From positions 10,109,355 through 10,173,354 of the forward strand of contig CAVNZM010000006.1 in assembly GCA_963693365.1 (NCBI GenBank): a stretch of DNA of 64,000 nt, read 5' to 3'. The notes under the pieces are model-generated. The model ran no database searches. It was not told where the DNA came from and worked only from the letters and a program-made list of their open reading frames with translations. The stretch comes from Amoebidium appalachense (Eukaryota > Protista > Ichthyosporea). The translations under genes were made by a program, and so were the position numbers. Each line of letters starts with the position of its first letter. Position 1 is the first letter of the stretch. This document shows positions 47,613 through 64,000 of this stretch, piece after piece.

Positions 47613-49500
47613 TGTATACCATGTGGAGAGGTTACAGTGTCGGTGTGATAGGGAACGTTGGATGCAACACAGCTTAGAAAAGTCACGGTTTTCGAAACTT
47701 TCGAATCTTTATATAACCCATGCATCGTCATCTATTGGCTTATCAGGAAATACTGGCTGCGAGCCTGCGCCAAAAAGCGATAATAGCTGCAGACTGATGA
47801 TTGGTTGAACTCGAGAGCCAGAATATAAGTAAGCAAATGATTGTTCGTGAGTTTCTATGATTAGTTGTTAAATGGCATATTGTTTAAAATCACGTTCTTT
47901 TATTTGGTGCAAACATTGCTTTCCACGTCAGCAAATTTGACGTCGATGCTTTTTCGCCGGGCGGTGGGCATGGCGTAGGCCGAGAGACACCTGTTGGAGT
48001 GTGGCACAGCAACTTGTGAAAGGATGTGAAAGCATGACTATGATCTAAAAATGACAATCTGTTGGTTTTGGCCTCCGTGAGTCCAGAAAGGGTTATCCCA
48101 AAGTACCCTCCGTTTGGTACCCATTTCGGCCAGAAAACACAGTGCTGCGGACAAGCGGCCCATATACGCTAAATGTGGCCAGAAAAAAAGGTAACTGTAG
48201 ACGTTGTGGCTGGAGTACTGAGAGCTTTTTTTATGGTGTCCTTGTTGAGTCTAGAACTATTATGACAGGTTGACTGGCCATGGGAGACTCCTGTGGTCTT
48301 TTTGAATCGAAGTGCCCATATATAAAAAGGATGTGTGGACTGAGAAGCTTGTTGGGCTGTGCTACGCTTAAATCTTGCACACTTCATTTTAAAAAGTAAG
48401 GCAAGAAGCAAAAATCTAAAGGTGCGAAACGCACGTACACTTGTGCCTAGTGCTAAGCGTGGAATATTGGCAATACGCATATGCATGCATATGCATATGC
48501 ATAATGGGTTCCAAAAACGAGCAGCTGCATTGTAGCTGCAGATGTGTTAGCCCAGGGATGTGTACAGCAGGTGCACATGTTTATTGTATGGCACATTCAT
48601 TAAAGTTCGTTATGCATGGCGGGACCTGAGATCAAGGCACTTCGTTCGAATTCAGGGAGCTACTTGCAAGAAGCTTCGCGTCCGGACTCCGGATCCTACC
48701 CAAAAAATGTGTTTAGAAGGCCGTGAAGAAAGCCTGAAAGCCTTGGCCAGGCGTATCAGAGAAACGAACCATTATGTGTTAAATAGTGTACTGCTGGTAA
48801 CACTCGTGTGCAGCTAAACCTATATAGTAAACTGTTTGCATAATGTACGTTGTAAGCTGCTACTGTGACAAAACTCCAACTCTCGTTTTGTGAGGGTGTG
48901 TGTCTGTCACCAATGTCATTGCGGGCGGCAGATTGCAGGGGGGCACATGCTGGAAGCGAACGGCATTCCGAGGCTGCCAATGCCGTCATGGTACACCAAT
49001 CAGATGGTGCTATGTTCATGGATTATTCACAAATGTGCATTCATTCAATCAAAGCGCACTGTTATATATAACAAGGATAGCTGTCACGCATGGTATTTGA
49101 CCGTTATCTTGACAGCAGCACGTTCACTGGGGCAGATCCCTGATTGCCTGATTCGCTGCCGTGTGGTTTCAGTGTTTGGTATCCACGGAGCCGTTTTTCG
49201 TTTCAAGCATGTTTTTTCACCAAAATCCCATTGTTTGATAGGAGAAACTACAGCTTAGAGAGCACAAGAATAGCAAGAACGCGGGCTTCCCCCGCTCCTT
49301 AAATGCTGTGATTTTGCCAACCGTCCTTTGAACGGTTGGTTTTTTTATCTACAAAGTTGTAGACTAGGACAACAACAACTGCACATAGGGCGGGTTTTGA
49401 CCCGCAACCCCCAACACCCAAACGTCCCCGCCCACCAACCGCCTAGGGGAGCGGTTGGTTTGGTTGCGTAAGCGGGTTTTTTCCCCTCCACGCCTTCTCG

Positions 49501-57880
<8,380 letters not shown>

Positions 57881-58959
57881 TCTCTGTCCTGGTTCTATTA
57901 CATATAGGCATACAACAACACGTAGGTGTAAATGCACACACAATGAAAGAGACTCGCACCATATATGCAAAGGGGTTGGCCGTGCCGCAATGCGTGAGAA
58001 AGCGCACGAAGGTGTTGATTTGCAGCTTTTGGTTGCGGAGGCCCCCCACAAAACAGTAGATAGATAATGCACGCGCATGTCTGGCATCTGTACTATTCTT
58101 GGGATTTGTACGGCATACACTCGATATTCTTGTTATTGATGAAATTAGGATGTGCCTAGTTGATTTTTTCCAAAGCCCTGAAACCTGGTAAATAAAATAT
58201 ACTCCCCTGACTCTAGATGGCGAGGGCTTGTAGTGGTTGTGTTTTTTCTTTGCTGGGAGACGAAAGGTTGACCATTATCTGTGTGGTGGTATGACTGCTC
58301 TGCTGTGTGGTATGAAGACTGGATAAGGAAATTCAAAGTGTGCATTGTGCTATATAAGCATGCTAGTGTAATTGCAGAGCGAAAATCAAGAAATTCAAAA
58401 AAAAAAATTGAAAGGCAATACTACTAGGGTACCGTAACGTAGGGTAGGTTTTTGGTACTTGCTACCTCCCTGCCCGGCAGCCCACCCTCGTATTGCAATG
58501 GGGCGCTAGGCCCATACCTTTTGCGTAAATGTGGGCGGAGGGTGCCCTTGTCCCCCCGGGGTGGGGGGCAGGGCTTAATTCTACCTCTCCCAGCGGCATG
58601 ATGGGCATCAATAAAGCGCCTGAGATAATAATGGTGGGATGGATATCGGTAGAGGTGTAAATTTTGTGTCAGCAGACTGTGCGTGTGTGTGTGCTCTTGT
58701 GTGCAAAAATTTAATTGTCAAGTGTGTGCGCACGCGCGATGCACTTGCAGTGTTCGACGTGTGTGTTGTGTGTGGCACTGTTGTATGTGCGTACGCATAT
58801 ACTGGCGTAAAATGTTGTGCACGTTGCACATGTGTTTGTAGTGACCACTGTACAAAGGTACAAGTGCGCATTGACATGTGTTCTGTTCTGAACTCAGGAC
58901 AAAGGATGAACTATGAATCAAAAACGAACGTGCTGTTGGATATTATCCGCTGGATCACC

Positions 58960-59001
<42 letters not shown>

Positions 59002-59222
59002 ATCCCCCCCCAACCGCCACCAACCGGAAACCCCTCCCCCCTTCCGGGAAACCCCCCACCCCCCGGGTTGGGGAGCAATTTCCCACCTCATCCCCTCATT
59101 TGCTCCTACCTGCTTTTAAACCCTCCTATCCACCCCCAGTCCCCCTTCCTCTCTGCCCCCCTCGGCCTGCCCCAATTAGTGAACCCCTCCCCTCCTCCCC
59201 CTCCCCCCTCTCCCCGCCCGCT

Positions 59223-59263
<41 letters not shown>

Positions 59264-59479
59264 CCAGGCCCCGTCCCGTGGGGTTCCACTCACGGTGCTA
59301 CAAGTATAACTTGAAACCAACACATAGTCTTCAGAATTTTCTCCTAGGCCAAGCGCTGCACCACCTCTTGCAGAGCCCAAATTGAAAACCAATGATAAAG
59401 ATGCAAGGCAGGCTCATAAGAGGAGCAGAAGGTGCAGGGAAAGGGAGGGAGCCGTGGGAAAGGTTGTTGTTGTTTGGGC

Positions 59480-59527
<48 letters not shown>

Positions 59528-59563
59528 TGGGGGAGAGGGAGAGGGGGGGACTCAGTCGGGGGG

Positions 59564-59600
<37 letters not shown>

Positions 59601-59748
59601 TTGAGGGGAGGACGGTCGAAAATTTCCGTACATGCATCATAATTTCACAGCACGAGAGTGATGGACTTGGTGAGACAAAAGTTGCAATACCGTGACTTCT
59701 CAAATTTTTACCTGTGGTATCCAATCCGGTCTCTCGAGAATCAGCCGC

Positions 59749-59782
<34 letters not shown>

Positions 59783-60498
59783 GGGGGGGGGAGGGGGGGG
59801 GGTTGTAGTTTTTGGAAAATTCCAATGATTTTAATTGTACACAGGAAGCCTTAGGGGCAGTCTCCTAGACTTTGAAGCCTTCCCATTTTCCAGCTTCGGA
59901 AAGTCATTGAAACGTTGTCACACAGCAAACATATCAATCTTGAACCCCCCCCCCCCCCCCCCCCGGGCACCCCGCCACCCCGTGTCACTGCACCCGAAAA
60001 ACATGTCACTAGACCGACTCCATAGACTTGAAAAAGCCACACAGCCTGTTTCATCTGGCACATCTTTTTTCTGAGCCCAGAATGCCCGCACATACCTATT
60101 CCTCCCCAAGAAGTCTGCTTTGTGTCGGATATCATATCACCGAGTCCACTCCAGTCTCCCCTTGCCTTTATATGAATTCGTGTCCTCTCCCCCAACCCCC
60201 CCCCCCCAAACCCCCCCCCCCCCCCCTCCCCTCCCTCCCCCCACCCCTTCACCCCCATTACAGAGTAAGGAAGGTTTAGGGGGACAACCAATACCACTTA
60301 CTTTGGTGCTCCAAACATACTCAGTTGAAACGGTTACCCGCCAAGGAACAGCCAATGGCATACGTTTTAATCTGATCATTCACTACGAAGTAAGTGCTCC
60401 ATAACATGGGCATTCAGCACAGAAGACTTGGCAACAGATATCTTACCGTGCAAAAGTTCGCTGCTGCAAAATTTTCCTTTGACCCCCCCCCCACCCCC

Positions 60499-60540
<42 letters not shown>

Positions 60541-62210
60541 ACACACACACAGAGAGAGAGAGAAACACAGACACAGGTTGTTACACGATGGCATTCACTC
60601 AGGCCACTGACGATGTCCACCTGCCAGAGACTGCTGCGCGAACATGCATTTGGTAATACAGTGCAGGGGGCACAAACGTGATATGTACACACACACGTAA
60701 CAGCAACTTGCAGCTTGAGGGGCCTGTACAGCCACACCCACCAACACCCTCCGAACACACACAGGCCACATGACAGAGGCACATAAAAGATACAGACTTG
60801 TCCGGATGTTCTTATTTACGAGAGATTCATGAAATGTGTGACCATTCATTAACAAGTTATCTGCAACTGGCGTAGATACCATGGCTGGCATAAAAACACA
60901 GTGGCTTACAATTCATAGGCTGCAGGCTCAGTGTTGTATTTAGGCTACACCACAAAAACAAATCAAACTCTTGCCGGAGTAACCAAGACCACACCCAAAT
61001 GCCTTGCCAACTTAGGTGATTTATTTTAGCCTCGTGTCGTGTTTTTATACCCGCAGATCTGAATTCTAGATTCAGTGATCCATGCAACAATTGAATCACC
61101 AATCAAAGCAATTAGCCAATCAATCTGGCAAATCATAGCCAACTTAACCGCTATGCATTCCAAACAAGATCCAGGACCAGAACCCAATGACGTGGCACGA
61201 GTCTATCCGTGAACTAATCATTCACGTCTACTGAATCGGGCCAGTCTGAATCCACACGTACGGCACACGTACGGACACGCGTACGCCTGTGTCTATACGC
61301 TACACACAAACTGAGCTACACGCGCTAGAAGCATTGCACTATTCTCGAAATGCCAATGCTTAAACCATCACGCACATGCACATGATGTACTACACTGATG
61401 AACTGATATATGTTTGATATGCCGTATGAGCACAATAATATCTAATATTATTCTGACAACTCTAGGCTGCCCTGCATGGGGCTGAAAGCATCAAAGGTGA
61501 GGGCTATACGGGATATATGATATTTATACATATACTCAGCTATATCACAAGATAGCTCGGATTTTATAGATGGGTGCTGAGTAGCCTTGGCTCTATAATG
61601 AACAGATTATTAGACAGACAGTAAAAGATGAAAACCCTCAAATGCCAAGTAACCTCAAATGCCAAGTAACCCACGAAATATGATGTGAATCTTGAATCCA
61701 TACTATCTATCAAGCGGTATATCACAAAGATTGACGATTCAACAACTACGAAAAAAAAGTTGTGCAGTGGTTCTGTGACGTGAAAAACGGAAGAACTTGA
61801 AAGGTCGAGGAACTCCCAAGGCCATGGTGACAGTAACCTAGTGCTGAAGTGTCCCATTTCCTAGGAATCTTTGCCGTAACCCGAGTGTTACAACCATTTC
61901 TTCATTTTCGCGCCTTTTGCTGCAAGCTTTGTTACACGTGCACCCTGATCTGCAACCCAGGCACGTGCGGTGCAAAATAACCAGTCAGTTTCTGTCGGGT
62001 TGGCTGCCCGTCTTTTTTCCATCCTTGATCTCGAGGGGATCCAAGAAAAGAACAGAAGCATGGCTGCCCACAGCTGTCGCCCGCCCCCCACCCACACCAG
62101 CCCTTTGGGCTGTCGCCCGCCCCCCACCCACACCAGCCCAAAACACGCCTCACCCCGACACTTTTGCAAGTGCAGAGAAAAAACATGCCCTGCCCTTCAA
62201 ACCCCAGGTA

Positions 62211-62486
62211 ATGGATGAAGGTCTCCCGCTGACACGTAAGTGAAGGAGAAATAGGAACGAGAAGAGATTGCGAAAAGAAAAACGAAACTAGTGGTTGCCC
62301 ACAGGACAGGGCAGCAAAGGAAACGAGAGACCATTGCTCCGCTGGCAGGCAGCGGGCATGGGGGACAGAGTCAGAAGGCACACACGCACTATGCCCCTTA
62401 CCGGTGACGTGCTATCGTTTAATAATGTGGCAGTGAATGACACCCATCCATTCTTCTCCAAAGCCGGCTTCACTCTCCAAGCTTAA
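62211..62486 (+). other. Possible small two-exon ORF, or a spliced non-coding transcript
   Basis: Donor AC|gtaagt at 62236 and acceptor cccacag| at 62304 join in frame. No recognisable domain. Confidence 0.2.
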
Positions 62487-63609
62487 GTTGGCGGCCCCCC
62501 TAGGCTTATTCTTGTCCTCGTTGGGATGTTGAAGCAGTTTGGGAGTGGTCACACGTAAGGTGCTCTCATCGTATGACCTCTTCGCTCCCGGTATGAACTC
62601 CTTGCTGCTCGGATGGTATGGATTCCGTTCGCGGTCTGTGTGGTAAAGTGAGAGTGAGCATGAGCGTGTGTGGGCTTAAAGATGGCATGTTCGTTTTTCG
62701 CAAAGCGAAAAGCTAGAGGCAAAATTGACAACACAGTTTGTCATGCTTTGTATCCCGGTAAAACAGAAAAGAACATTTCACACCTGTATTTGGCCGTGTC
62801 GTTGTCACCTGCAGCGTCCAGCACAAAAGCACACCGAAGTTGCCCCGCAACAAACTGGCGGATCCATACTGTGCGTGAAACGTAGAGGTGCAGGTGCAAC
62901 CACTGGGGCAACCGCCGGCAGGAGATAGAGAGGCTGCACTTGAGCGGACTGAGACTTTGCCAACTGGTTGGCGGTTTATATAGGAGCAGCTGACAGCTGC
63001 AGTGGCTCCAAATAGATCTTACGCCTGTAAATTATCGTGATAGTATTCCAATCAGAATCTCTTGCTCACAATTGCATGACAACGCACCGATGCCATTATC
63101 AAGTCGATATCGAGATGGGCTTTGTACATTTTGTGCATTGACAAGTGGCACAAAAAGCGTTAAAAAGCATGGTTAAATGCTGAAAGCTTTGTATTTTTGT
63201 AGGCATACGCTTCTTTTGTATCAGAAGCTGTTGTTGCTGTGATACGTCAACTTGCAATTGGCAGTAGAGAACAGTCTCTTGTCCAATCAAACAACACATA
63301 ATCATAGCACATTTAGCCGCAACGTCACCATAAGGTTTGTGGTCTGTGATTGGTTTCTCTTTCCGATTGGCTGACATGCTTGAATGGCGCCAAGACTGTT
63401 TCGGGGCTCTGCATACACGTCATGTATTCATTTACAGAAAGATAAGCAGTCGGTCTGCTTAGCCAGGTATCGATTGCAATGCGCTGAGGGTTAAGATGGG
63501 GTTTTAAAATACTTATAAATTTCTACTCAGCATGACACGATGCCAGTGATTTAATTGTTTTGGTGTTGATCCTGTTGCTTTCAACTGCAAAGTACTGCAG
63601 CCCCTCCCG

Positions 63610-63689
<80 letters not shown>

Positions 63690-63802
63690 TTGTGTGTGTG
63701 TATGCTTGCGTGTGGGGCGTTGTGCCTGGACACTTCATCCCCCGGACCAGGTCACAACTTGACTTGTTCGTCCTATCATCTACCTTCCCCTACCACTGCC
63801 CC

Positions 63803-63843
<41 letters not shown>

Positions 63844-64000
63844 TTTTCCCCCTCCTCTTCGAGCAATCCGCGTCCTCCCTCCCTAGCACTGGTGGCACAT
63901 CGCGCGCGCACACACACACAGTCACACACGCACACACACACACACTGTGGCACCACAAAACACACACGCGCGCGCGCACACACACACACGCACACACGCG

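Noticed and set aside
58640-60890. Possible spliced gene in the region after grainyhead
   Set aside because: Scattered splice-like sites are present, but I could not build a consistent reading frame or recognise a domain.

Overview
Eukaryotic, intron-rich genomic DNA. Gene content and splice signals suggest a unicellular opisthokont, plausibly an ichthyosporean-like holozoan (inference). Introns are packed with poly-G/poly-C, (CA/GT)n and (CT/GA)n tracts, so most long ORFs in the six-frame track are repeat artefacts. Manual, phase-checked splicing recovers: a multi-pass membrane protein (-, runs off the left edge); an 11-exon GT61-type glycosyltransferase (4687-13679, +); a C-terminally anchored membrane protein (-, ~15952-22186); a 65-aa small ORF; an interrupted DUF4419 gene; an FBXO4-like F-box gene; and a Grainyhead-type CP2 transcription factor divergent from it. 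Mobile DNA includes a ~2.9-kb non-autonomous Helentron/HINE-like element, a tandem pair of truncated LINE 3' ends, a poly(A)-tailed short retroposon with an 8-bp TSD, and a dispersed structured ~270-bp repeat that forms a near-perfect fold-back in one intron. The oddest feature is at 38.8-42.2 kb: two related 3' gene halves point away from each other, each starts at a splice acceptor, they are ~195 bp apart, and no 5' exons were found. Possible explanations are trans-splicing, a deletion of both 5' ends, or misassembly. Single-base frameshifts at homopolymers suggest residual indel errors in the assembly. All family calls come from recognised motifs, not database searches.
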